NCBI GenBank assembly: GCA_964600785.1 | Contig: CAZRKH010000126.1 | Location: forward strand, 19,231 to 83,230 | Direction: 5' to 3' | Source: an uncultured Chitinophagaceae bacterium | GTDB lineage: Bacteria > Planctomycetota > Planctomycetia > Pirellulales > UBA1268 | DNA length: 64,000 nucleotides | Shown: positions 27,971-37,400 of the stretch, one piece after another | How positions within the stretch are numbered: position 1 is the stretch's first letter | Layout: each line of letters begins with the position of its first letter | Notes under the pieces: model-generated | The model's database searches: none | What the model saw: only the letters and a program-made list of their open reading frames with translations | Told to the model about the DNA's origin: nothing | Position numbers and translations under genes: made by a program

Positions 27971-28381
27971 ATGGACATTCTTGGTGAAATTCTCAAGCAG
28001 GTGCTTGCCGGCGGTGGTCCGGCAGCCGCTCCGCGACAGGCTCCCCAGCCCAAGGCTCCCCCGGCAGGCATGCCCGATCCTCGTGATCTCTCGGCGATCT
28101 TCGAGCAGATCTTCGGCGGCGGCTCCGCCGGCAAGCTGCCCGACGTGGTTGAGCAGTTCGGCCGCAAGGGAATGAAGGACATTGTCGATTCCTGGGTCCG
28201 CAGCGGTCCCAACAAGCCTGTTGAGCGACGGCAGATCGAGGATGTCTTCGGCGGCCGCGAGCTCGACGAGATGGCAAGGCAGCGGGGCATCGATCGCGAA
28301 CAGCTCGCTGAGGTGCTCGCCAAGTACATCCCGCAGATCATCGACGAGCTGACACCCTCAGGGCAGCTGCCACGGCGGTAG
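27971..28381 (+). CDS. YidB-like (DUF937) small protein
   Basis: MDILGEILKQVLAGGG...IVDSWVRSGPNKPVERRQIEDVFG...LAEVLAKYIPQIIDELTPSGQLP parallels E. coli YidB (SWLSNQQNxxVS...LAEQLPKIIDALSPQG). The ORF-track 5' extension to 27785 overlaps pepF and is rejected. Confidence 0.7.
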   Translation: MDILGEILKQVLAGGGPAAAPRQAPQPKAPPAGMPDPRDLSAIFEQIFGGGSAGKLPDVVEQFGRKGMKDIVDSWVRSGPNKPVERRQIEDVFGGRELDEMARQRGIDREQLAEVLAKYIPQIIDELTPSGQLPRR

Positions 28382-28428
28382 CAGACTGCGGAACAAGTCG
28401 GCGGCCGTAGGATGCGGCGATCGGCGAC
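28379..28428 (+). repeat. Copy A of a ~50-nt repeated element that begins with the TAG stop codon of the upstream gene
   Basis: TAGCAGACTGCGGAACAAGTCGGCGGCCGTAGGATGCGGCGATCGGCGAC. By hand alignment, ~41 of 47 aligned positions are identical to 30640-30686, with one 3-nt indel. Confidence 0.75.
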
Positions 28429-28429
28429 A

Positions 28430-29962
28430 TCAAGCCTGCAACTTGCTCGTGGCCCGGGCGAGTTCGATCAACGTACGCACCATCGCCCCGGTGCCACCGC
28501 CGTCGATCCAGGGCTTCGGCTTTTCGGCAAAGGCCGGGCCGGCGATGTCGATGTGGGTCCAGGGCGTGCTGCCGACGAACCGCTCGAGCAGCTTTGCGGC
28601 GGTCGTTGCCCCGCCCCAGCGGCCGTCACCGACGTTCTTGATATCGGCCACGTCGCTCTCGATCTGGGCGTCGTAGTCACGGAACATCGGCAACTGCCAG
28701 ACAGCCTCACCGGCAGCGGCGGCCGCGGTGGCCACCGCGTCGCAGCAGGCCTGGTCGTTGGTGAACAGACCCGCCACGTCAAGCCCGAGGGCGACCACGC
28801 AGGCTCCGGTGAGCGTGGCGGCATCGACGATGAAGCCCGGCTCGAATCCGCGGACCACATCGAGCACGTCGGCAAGCACCAGCCGGCCCTCGGCGTCGGT
28901 GTTGTGGACCTCGATCGTGATCCCGCTGCGGGCAGTCAGCACGTCGCCGACCTTGTAGGCGGCCGGCCCGGTCATGTTTTCGACCAAGCCCATCGCCGCC
29001 ACCACGTCGAGGGGCAGTTTGAGAGCGGCGATCGTGGCAATCGTCCCGAGCATCGTGGCGGCCCCGGCCATGTCGCACTTCATGCCCATCATCGAGTCAG
29101 CAGGCTTGAGGGAGAGTCCGCCGGAGTCGAAGGTCACCCCTTTGCCCACGAGGGCCAGATCGGGCGGATTGCCGTCGCGGAGGCCGCTCCCCGTGCCGCC
29201 GCGATACCGCAAGAGCACGAGCCTCGGCGGCCGGCTCGAGCCACGGGCGACCGCGAGCAGCGCCCCGCAGCGTTCCTGCTCGAGCCGCTGCTTGTCCCAG
29301 ATCTCGATCTCGATGCCCAGTCGGCCGGCCACGCTCGCCGCCTCCTCGGCAAAGGCCCCGGGAAACATGTCATCAGCCGCGAGATTGACGAGCCTGCGGG
29401 TGAGATTCACGCCCTCGCCGATCAGCCGGCCATGCTCGACGATTCTTTCGGCAGTTGACGGCGGCAGGCCGAGCCAGCGGGTGGCGGCGAAGGGTGTTCG
29501 CTTCTTCTCCTTGCGATAGAGATCCTGGCCGACCATGCCCGCCGCGGCCCCGGCCACGGCATGCTCGACGGCGGCGGCCGGCCACGACTCCTCCGCCACG
29601 AAGGCAACCATGCCACGCGGTCGACCGGCGAGCTGCCTGGCGGCAGTGGCGGCGGCGCGGTAGAGGCTGCCGGCGTCGATCTGTTCGGCCGTGCCCAGGC
29701 CCACGACGAGCAGTTGTCCGGCAGCGAAGCCCGGGGGGCCGAGCAGCGGCACGCACTCGCAGGCCCTGCCGGTGATCTCGCCCGCCTCGGCGAGCCTGCC
29801 GAGCAGGCCGCCGGTGGCCGCGTCCGCCGCGGCCAGCCCGCCCTGCCGCGGCACGCCTTCGCTCGTGAAGATGACCACGGCGTCGGCGGGAATCGCCTCG
29901 GGCCGCCCATCGGGCTCGGCGGAAATCGAAGGGCTCGCCGATTCGCTGGAAAATTCGCTCAT
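28430..29962 (-). CDS. pepA: Leucyl aminopeptidase (M17)
   Basis: VGKGVTFDSGGLSLKP, MKCDMAGAA, NTDAEGRLVLAD and the C-terminal HIDIAG are M17 signatures. The start is set at the ATG at 29962 (510 aa). Confidence 0.92.
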   Translation of the reverse strand: MSEFSSESASPSISAEPDGRPEAIPADAVVIFTSEGVPRQGGLAAADAATGGLLGRLAEAGEITGRACECVPLLGPPGFAAGQLLVVGLGTAEQIDAGSLYRAAATAARQLAGRPRGMVAFVAEESWPAAAVEHAVAGAAAGMVGQDLYRKEKKRTPFAATRWLGLPPSTAERIVEHGRLIGEGVNLTRRLVNLAADDMFPGAFAEEAASVAGRLGIEIEIWDKQRLEQERCGALLAVARGSSRPPRLVLLRYRGGTGSGLRDGNPPDLALVGKGVTFDSGGLSLKPADSMMGMKCDMAGAATMLGTIATIAALKLPLDVVAAMGLVENMTGPAAYKVGDVLTARSGITIEVHNTDAEGRLVLADVLDVVRGFEPGFIVDAATLTGACVVALGLDVAGLFTNDQACCDAVATAAAAAGEAVWQLPMFRDYDAQIESDVADIKNVGDGRWGGATTAAKLLERFVGSTPWTHIDIAGPAFAEKPKPWIDGGGTGAMVRTLIELARATSKLQA

Positions 29963-30168
29963 GCAGGCTGCTGCTCCGTTGCGGGGACTATCGTTGCCGG
30001 GGTCGTTCTCTCGCTGCCCGTGAAAAACCGTCCTTGGCCCCTGCCCGCGGTTGCGGGCGACCAACGGTTCACCTGGGCGGGTCCTGCGCCGCTCGTCAAC
30101 CGACGAACGGGCTCGCGACAGAATGTATACACTGCCATCGCCGGCCGGAAACTGATTTGGATTGCCGC

Positions 30169-30642
30169 GTGGTCTCATTCTGGCTGTCGGCATCCCTGCT
30201 CTCGTCGAGCAATACCGTGCCCGAACAGACTCCTGACCCTGCCGCGGAGATCACCGCGGCCGCCGAGCGACTCCAGAGCGCGGATCCGGCGGTGCGGCTC
30301 GATGCCGCGGAGACCCTCGCCCGATCGGAAGCCGCCGCGGAGGCCGCCGTGCCGCTGGTGAAGGCCTGCGGTGACAACGATGAGCAGGTTCGCGATTGGT
30401 GCGTGGCGGCCCTCGAGCAGGCCGGCCCGCCCCCGGCTGAATCGCTGCGGGCCTTGGCCGACCTTGCCGCCGACCCGAACCCGCTGGTGGCCTACTGGGC
30501 AATCACGCTCTTGGGCCGGCTTGGCGAGGCGGCGGCGTCCGCGGTGCCGGTACTCGCCGGCCGGCTCGAGCCCGGCCAGCCCCCGGAGGTCGCCCGGCGT
30601 GCCGCCTGGGCTCTCCGCCGAATCTGCCCACCTACTGCCTAG
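30169..30642 (+). CDS. HEAT-repeat protein
   Basis: Repeated DPAVRLDAAETLAR / NDEQVRDWCVAALEQAG / NPLVAYWAITLLGRLG / PEVARRAAWALRRI units fit the HEAT/PBS-lyase pattern. The start is very uncertain (GTG 30169, GTG 30217, or the upstream ORF start at 30034). Confidence 0.5.
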   Translation: MVSFWLSASLLSSSNTVPEQTPDPAAEITAAAERLQSADPAVRLDAAETLARSEAAAEAAVPLVKACGDNDEQVRDWCVAALEQAGPPPAESLRALADLAADPNPLVAYWAITLLGRLGEAAASAVPVLAGRLEPGQPPEVARRAAWALRRICPPTA

Positions 30643-30686
30643 CAGACTGAGGGACAAGTCTGCCGCCGCAGGACGCGATCGGCGAC
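30640..30686 (+). repeat. Copy B of the TAG-initiated repeated element
   Basis: TAGCAGACTGAGGGACAAGTCTGCCGCCGCAGGACGCGATCGGCGAC. It contains the hairpin GCAGACT-N8-AGTCTGC, and its TAG is the stop codon of the HEAT-repeat gene. Confidence 0.75.
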
Positions 30687-30799
30687 CACCGGCCGGGACT
30701 TCGCGGCAGCTGGGCCGCAAACTCCGCCGAGATTGCCCAGCAACCCGCGGGGCGTGTCGCATGAGAAGCTGAGCCAAGGAATGGCCACCCGTCTGGCCG

Positions 30800-31765
30800 A
30801 TGCCTTCGGGAGGTATGCCAGCTCCCAGCTTTCTCCGCCGCCGCGGTTTGCCGCCGGGTCACCTCCTGGCGAGCCTTTGCGGGTTCGTCGTCTGGCTGCT
30901 GGGCTTCGCAGTCGCGGGATCTCCTGCCGCGGCCCAGCCGCCGGCCAAGCCCCACGACGCGATCCTGATTTGCAGCTTCAATATTCAGGTCTTCGGAGAA
31001 TCGAAGCTTTCCAAGCCGCAGGTCATGGAGATTCTCGCCCGCGTCACGCGACAGTTCGACGTGGTCGCGATCCAGGAGGTGCGGGCGAAGTCGGATGCGA
31101 TCATCCCCACCTTCGTCCATCAGGTGAATGCCGACGGCAGCCGCTACCATTTCCTCGTCGGACCACGCGAGGGCCGCACGGTCAGCAAGGAACAGTATGC
31201 CTTCGTCTACGACACCAACCGGATCGAGGTCGATCAATCGTCGCCCGGCGTCTTCCCCGATCCACACGATCAGCTGCATCGCCCGCCGATGTGTGTCCGC
31301 TTCCGGACCCGCGTGATCCCGGCGCAGATGGCCTTCACCTTCTGGCTGGTCAACGCCCATACCGACCCCGACGAGGTGCCGCAGGAACTCGAGGCTCTCT
31401 CGGGCATCTTCCAGGCGATGCAGCGGGCCCGGCCCGACGAGGACGACGTGATCCTGCTGGGCGACCTCAACGCGGGGCCCGATGGGTTTTCGGCTCTGCA
31501 GAGAATCCCGGGCATCGGCTGGGCGGTGTCGGGCACCACCACCAACACCCGCCGCACGAAGACCTACGACAACCTCGTCTTCGCCAGGCCGGCCACCGGC
31601 GAATACCTCGGCCACTGGGGAGTCCTCGACCTGCAGACCAGCTTCGGCCTGACGCAGAAGCAGGCCCTCGAGGTTTCCGACCACAATCCGGTGTGGGCGG
31701 CCTTCTACCCCTGCGAATACCGGCCCGCCCCGCCGGTGGCGATGCAGCCGCCAGCCCGGCGATGA
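30800..31765 (+). CDS. Secreted DNase I-like nuclease (endonuclease/exonuclease/phosphatase fold)
   Basis: Signal/TM LLASLCGFVVWLLGFAVAGSPAAA. The blocks below then parallel bovine DNase I blocks as I recall them: ILICSFNIQVFGESK, FDVVAIQEV, KEQYAFVY, LVNAHTDP, ILLGDLNAG, YDNLVF and EVSDHNPVWA. Confidence 0.8.
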   Translation: MPSGGMPAPSFLRRRGLPPGHLLASLCGFVVWLLGFAVAGSPAAAQPPAKPHDAILICSFNIQVFGESKLSKPQVMEILARVTRQFDVVAIQEVRAKSDAIIPTFVHQVNADGSRYHFLVGPREGRTVSKEQYAFVYDTNRIEVDQSSPGVFPDPHDQLHRPPMCVRFRTRVIPAQMAFTFWLVNAHTDPDEVPQELEALSGIFQAMQRARPDEDDVILLGDLNAGPDGFSALQRIPGIGWAVSGTTTNTRRTKTYDNLVFARPATGEYLGHWGVLDLQTSFGLTQKQALEVSDHNPVWAAFYPCEYRPAPPVAMQPPARR

Positions 31766-31785
31766 CCCTCCGAACCCCCGGAGAC

Positions 31786-34086
31786 TCAACGACTCTCTGC
31801 ACACTTCCGGCAGGGAAAGAGCGAGAGCAGCACCGGCAGCACGACGAGGTTGCCTGCCAAGCCCCCGGCGAGCGTCAGGCAGGAGAGAGCACCGAAGGAA
31901 ACGGTGGGGATAAAACTGCTCGTGCACAACGCCAGGAACCCGACCACCAACGCCAGCGTTGAAAACACGATTGCCCGGCCGGCCGTCTGGTGGGCCGCGG
32001 CGAGGGCCGCGGCAACGGCCTGGCCACCGTCGAGCCTTCGCCTGAAGGCCGTCACGTAGTGGATCGAACTGTCCACCGAGAGCCCCATTGAGACCGCGGC
32101 GATCATGGCGGTGCCCATGTTGACCGGCCGGCCGATCCAGCCGAGCAGGCCGAGCACCAGCAGGATCGGCAGGGCGTTGGGCACCAGGGCCACCGCCGCG
32201 ATCAGCGGGCTGCGGAAGGCCAGCGAGAGCATCACGAAGATGCCGAGTGCCGCAAGGGTGAAGGTCAACCATTGGTCGGCGACCATCCGCTCGACGAGGC
32301 TCGCCAGGAGCACGAAGAAGCCGGTCACCTCCCCCGCCCTGCCCCCGGCGTCGGCTGGAAATTCCTCGGCCACGACTTCCCGCACCTCGTCGATGATCGC
32401 CCGCTTCGCCTCGGCCGGCTGTCGTTCCCGCGATCGCAGCATGACGCGGAGCCAGGTCGTGCCGTCGGCCGGATCGCGGCCGATGACCGCCCTGGTCATC
32501 CCCGGCAGCCGGTCCCGCATCACCGCCACCGACTTCCCCACCAGCCAGTTGCCGAGAGCCGAGTCACTCAGCCGCTCGAGCGAGAGCGGCGAAACCGCGG
32601 CAACGAGATCGGCGACGCTCATCACCTTGGTGAGAGCCGGGCGGGGGCCCTCCGGCCCGGCCACCTCGATCGCCCGCAGACGCGACTCCAGGCGGTCGAT
32701 GGCCACCAGCGTCGCCGCATCAACATCGCCTTCGATCGGCACCAGCACATCCCACACCCCCGCCCCGCCGAGCCTGGTCTCGACCCTGTCGTAGGCTGCC
32801 GGAATCGGGCTCGACGCCCGGAAGTTTTTGGTGAAGTCGGTTTCCACCTCGAGCCGCGGGATGCCGAGCATCGCCACCGCGGCCAGGCACCCGGCCACCG
32901 CGAGCGTGCTCGCCGGCCGCCGTACGGTCCGGCGGACCACGCGATCGAGCGCCCGCTCCAAAGCCCCCTCGCCGGGCACCCGGCGCGGGTCGGCATCGAG
33001 GCGACCGGCAACCGCCAGAAACGGCACCACCAGCAGCACCGCGACCAACACCATCGCGGCCCCCAGGGCCGTCATGATCCCGAAATCGTGGACCGGCCCG
33101 ACCCGGCTGGCCACGAGGGCCCCGAAGCCGATCATGTCGGTGGCGATCGCCCCGGCCACCGGCCAGAGAAGCACCGCCAGTGTTCGCTCCATCGCCACGA
33201 CGCTCGAGAAGCCCTGCTCCCGCTGGCGGCGGAACTCGACGATCAGGTGGGTTACCGTGGCGATGCCGACGACCGTGATCATCGCCGAGAGCATCGTCGA
33301 GACCATCGTCAGCTTGAGGCCTGCAACTGCCAGCAGGCCACGGGTGCTCCACAACGCCAAAAGCACCACCGCCAGCGGCACGATCACCCACCGCACGCTC
33401 CGGAAAAGCACCAGCAACACGCCGGCGGCGAGCAGACCCGCTGCCGTTCCCAGCAGGTTGCCGTCACGCTGCAAGAGCGCGAACCCATCGCGCATCATCA
33501 CCGGCTCTCCCGCCACCAGCCCGCCGGGCAGCTGCCCGACCAGATCACGAATCGCGTCGATTGCCGCTGCCCGTGAGGCCGCCTCACCGCGCACGTCGGC
33601 CTCGCCCGACGCGGTCGATTCAAGCACCGCCACGATTCCGGCCGTGCGATGATCGGCACCGATCGCATAGCCTTCCATGAGCTTCACCAGCCGCCTCGCA
33701 GCAGGGCTCGTCTCGAGATCGATCACGCGGTCACCCAGCGGCGTATCGGCGAGGCTCATCGTCGATGCCACGCCGTCGATCGCCGCGAGACGTCGCGAAT
33801 GCTCCCGGAGCCGATCGAGTCCGGCAGGTGTAAACAGCTGCGGGTCGTCGTAGATCGCCAGCACGACCTCGCTCGAGCCGAAGGTTCTCCCAAGGCGGCG
33901 GTAGGGCGGCAGGGCTGGATCGCCGCGGTCGAACATCGTCTCGATCGACCGCGAAAACTCCAGGCGTGAAGCCTGCCCGACTGAGAACACCGCCAGTGCC
34001 AGGCCGATCGCCGCCAAGAGGCCGCGACGGCGGACGAGGACGCCGGCCAGGCTTGCCGAAAACGTGCCGCCGACCTCGTGTTCCAA
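31786..34086 (-). CDS. MMPL/RND-superfamily exporter (COG1033, HpnN-like)
   Basis: The 766-aa protein has two repeats, each of one TM, a large periplasmic loop and a 5-TM bundle (e.g. VMVSTMLSAMITVVGIATVTHLIVEF, AVSMGLSVDSSIHYV). It has a TTG start at 34086 with GAGGAG 6-7 nt upstream. Confidence 0.8.
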   Translation of the reverse strand: MEHEVGGTFSASLAGVLVRRRGLLAAIGLALAVFSVGQASRLEFSRSIETMFDRGDPALPPYRRLGRTFGSSEVVLAIYDDPQLFTPAGLDRLREHSRRLAAIDGVASTMSLADTPLGDRVIDLETSPAARRLVKLMEGYAIGADHRTAGIVAVLESTASGEADVRGEAASRAAAIDAIRDLVGQLPGGLVAGEPVMMRDGFALLQRDGNLLGTAAGLLAAGVLLVLFRSVRWVIVPLAVVLLALWSTRGLLAVAGLKLTMVSTMLSAMITVVGIATVTHLIVEFRRQREQGFSSVVAMERTLAVLLWPVAGAIATDMIGFGALVASRVGPVHDFGIMTALGAAMVLVAVLLVVPFLAVAGRLDADPRRVPGEGALERALDRVVRRTVRRPASTLAVAGCLAAVAMLGIPRLEVETDFTKNFRASSPIPAAYDRVETRLGGAGVWDVLVPIEGDVDAATLVAIDRLESRLRAIEVAGPEGPRPALTKVMSVADLVAAVSPLSLERLSDSALGNWLVGKSVAVMRDRLPGMTRAVIGRDPADGTTWLRVMLRSRERQPAEAKRAIIDEVREVVAEEFPADAGGRAGEVTGFFVLLASLVERMVADQWLTFTLAALGIFVMLSLAFRSPLIAAVALVPNALPILLVLGLLGWIGRPVNMGTAMIAAVSMGLSVDSSIHYVTAFRRRLDGGQAVAAALAAAHQTAGRAIVFSTLALVVGFLALCTSSFIPTVSFGALSCLTLAGGLAGNLVVLPVLLSLFPCRKCAESR

Positions 34087-34317
34087 GAATCACTCCTCGA
34101 CCGGCGGGCTGCGGCTTGCCTTGAATACCACCGGGCCACGATGCCGCCGGCTGCGATCGAAGGCAGAAGGCTCGGCCCAGCCTGCGTGGTTCTCTGCCCA
34201 TCCTACCCGATTTGCCTCCTGGCCTGCCGGACGGCGGCTGCCTGCGGCGGCGTGCAAGGCGAGGCATCAGCGGCACTTGCAGCCACCCGCAGGCCGCGGA
34301 CTTCGCGAGTCGATACC

Positions 34318-34347
34318 TTGACCCGATTTCACGGCCGCACCTATAGT
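34318..34347 (+). promoter_or_regulatory. Candidate sigma70-type promoter for the lptD-like gene
   Basis: TTGACC (34318-34323), an 18-nt spacer, then TATAGT (34342-34347), about 60 nt upstream of the GTG at 34407, in a 320-bp divergent intergenic region. Confidence 0.4.
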
Positions 34348-34406
34348 CCCGCACGTTTTTCACCCACCTGAGCTGTCCTCCGAGTGCCCCTCCTGCTGCG
34401 CACCGC

Positions 34407-37400
34407 GTGAGAGATCCACCCACATCCACCGAAGCCCTCGACGGCCGCGGTCGCGGTGCGCTCGCAGTTCGCCTCTCGAGCCTGTTTGCCCTGGTCATGC
34501 TTGCCTGTGCGGACATGCCTCGGGCATGGTCGGAGCCGCCGCCACCCACCGCGGCCGGGGGCGTACTTGCCAACCTGCCGGCGAAAGGCCTCGCCGCGGC
34601 AATCGCCGAGGCGGGTCAGATCGAGGTGCCCGGGGTCGATCCGGCCGAGCCGATCTCGATCACTGCCGGCCAGGCCTCACGGTGGACCGAGGGCTCCTAC
34701 GAGGTCTGGCACCTCACCGGTGGAGCACGCATCCAACAGGGAACCACCGAGGCGCGGGCCCACGAGGCGGTCGTCTGGATCGAGCAGTCCGATGGCTCGC
34801 TGGCGACCGGGGGCGAGCCGCCGCCGGCCCGACGCATCCTCGTGCGAATGGCCGGCAACGTGCAGGTGCGGGCCTCCGGCGAGGCGACCTCCACGATCCG
34901 CGGCCCGCGGTGGGCCGGGCGGTTCTGGACCTACCGCGACCCGCTGCTTGACTTCGCGAGCGTCGTGCCGGCCGGAGGCGGACCGACCCGCTACAAAGCA
35001 CCCGCAGAAGCGACCACGCCTGTCAGCGTCGAACCGCTCGCCGACGGCGTGGCCCTCACCGCGGCCGACGGCTCAGGGGAAGGCGGCGTGGAACTGCTGC
35101 CGCCCCCGACTGGCGATGACGAGGGCGTGGAGCCGGCGCAGTTTGCCGAGTTTGGAGCACCGGCTGTGCCCCAGGCGGCCGCGGCCAGTTCCGTGCGGCG
35201 GCTGAGGGCCTTTCCCCGCTCGAGCGCGCCGCTGAACGTTCGCTGGTTTCCTGCACCGGGTGGCGGTGAGTGGATCGCGGTGATCACCTCGGGAGTGAAT
35301 CTCGTGATTGACGGGGTCGATCCGGCAGGCCCGCTCGATATCGCCGCCGACCGGATGGTGATCTGGACCCAGTCATCCCAGCAGCCATCGCTCGACGGCA
35401 GCAGCGGCCAGCCCTCCGACACGCCGATGGAAATCTACATGGAGGGCAACGTCATCTTCCGCCAGGCCCAGCGGGTCGTCGAGGCGGTGGGGATGTACTA
35501 CGACGTGCCCCGCAGCTCCGGCGTCATCACCGGGGCGACCGTGCTGACACCGGTCGACAACTACTCCGGGGTCGTGCGGCTGCGGGCCGACGTGCTGCGG
35601 CAGGTCGCCCGCAGCCGCTTCGTGGCCCAGCAGGCGGGCCTCACCTCGAGCCGGCTGGCCCTGCCGACCTGGGAGTTTCGCTCGCGGGAGATGAGCTTCA
35701 CCGACGAGCAGGTGCCGCTGCCGGGCCCCTTCGGCCAGACCCAGGTCGACCCGGCAACCGGCGAGCCCGCGGTCGAACACCAGCAGTACATCCGCAGCCG
35801 GGGCAACACCGTCAGGCTCTGGGGAGTTCCGGTGCTCTGGTGGCCGATCCTCGCCACCAACGCCAAGAAGCCGACCTTCTACATCAACAATGCCCAGGTC
35901 AAGAACGACCAGATTTTCGGCACCCAGATTCTCACCAACTGGGACGCCTTCCAGGTCTTCGGCTGGCAGCGACCGCCCGACGGCGTCGACTGGGATTTCG
36001 ACGTCGACTACCTCAGCCTTCGCGGGCCGGCCGCCGGCACCTCGCTGCTCTACAACCGGCCCGACTTCCTCTGGCTCGGCACACCGGCCAACGGCGTGCT
36101 CGACGGCTGGTTCATCAACGACACCGGCATCGACCGGCTCGGTCTGTTCCGAAACAACTTCACCTTTCCCAACAGCTTCCGAGGCCGGTCATTCTGGCGT
36201 CACCGGCAGGACCTGGGCATGGGCTGGCAGACCCGCGGCACGGCGGGCTGGATCAGCGACTACAACTTCCTCGAGGAATACTACGAGGCGGAGTGGGAGG
36301 AGGGCTTCGAGCAGCGGACCTGGCTCGACATCCGACGCACGATCGACACCCGTGAACTGCGGCTGCTGGCGAGCTACCGGGTCGATCCATTTTTCACACA
36401 GAGCCAGTGGTGGCCCCGGCTCGACCACTACTTCATCGGCCAGCCGCTGCTCCGCGATGCTCTGACGTGGTACGAGCACTCCAGCGTTTCTTACGTCAGC
36501 CAGCCGCTGCCGGCACCGCCGGATGTCGGCCAGGGACTCGAGTTCTTCACACTGCTGCCCTACGAGGCGCCGGTCATCGGTGAGCGGATCGCCACCCGGC
36601 AGGAGATCGACTTCCCCTTCCAGGCCGGGGCGGTGAAGCTCGTGCCCTACGCCCTTGGCGAGCTGGCCCACTGGGGCCAGGACCTCAACGAGCAGCCGAT
36701 CAACCGTGCCTACGGCCAGGTCGGCATCCGCTCGAGCCTGCCGATGTGGTGGAGCGACAACTCGATCGAGAGCAACCTCTGGAACGTTCACGGGATCGCC
36801 CACAAGGTCGTCTTCGACCTCGACTTCTCCTATGCCAACTCAACCCAGGACATCAATCAGTTTCCGCTCTACGACCAGATCGACGATGACGCGATCAACC
36901 AGTACCGCCGCAATATTCCCTACTTTGACTTCGGTGCCGTGCCTTTCCAGGGATCGTTCGTGCCGCTGCAGGCCCCCTTCATCTTCGGGCCGGACAACAA
37001 GTTCGACCCCCGGCTCTACGCGATCCGCCGCGGCATGGGCAGCTGGGTGACCGGCCCGACCGAGATCGCCAACGACCTGACCGCCTTCCGCGTCGCCGCG
37101 CGGCAGCGGTGGCAGACGAAACGGGGACCCATCGGCAATCGACGGATCATCGACTGGATCATTCTCGACATCGACGGCGAGTTCTTCCCGGTCACCAACC
37201 AGAACTTCGGGCAGACCCTTGGCCTCTGGCAGTACGACTTCCGCTGGCATGTCGGCGACCGCACCACGATCCTCTCCACGGCCGACGTCGACTTCTTCAC
37301 CGAGGGCCAGCAGCTCTACACGGTGGGGGCCCTGATCAACCGCACCACGCGGGGCAGCTTCTACATGGGCTACCAGTCGTTCGCCGGGCCGATCGAGGCC

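Noticed and set aside
30632-32272. 546-aa minus-strand ORF
   Set aside because: It is antisense to the DNase I-like gene and runs in another frame through the MMPL gene. Its composition is Arg/Gly/Pro-rich with no motifs.
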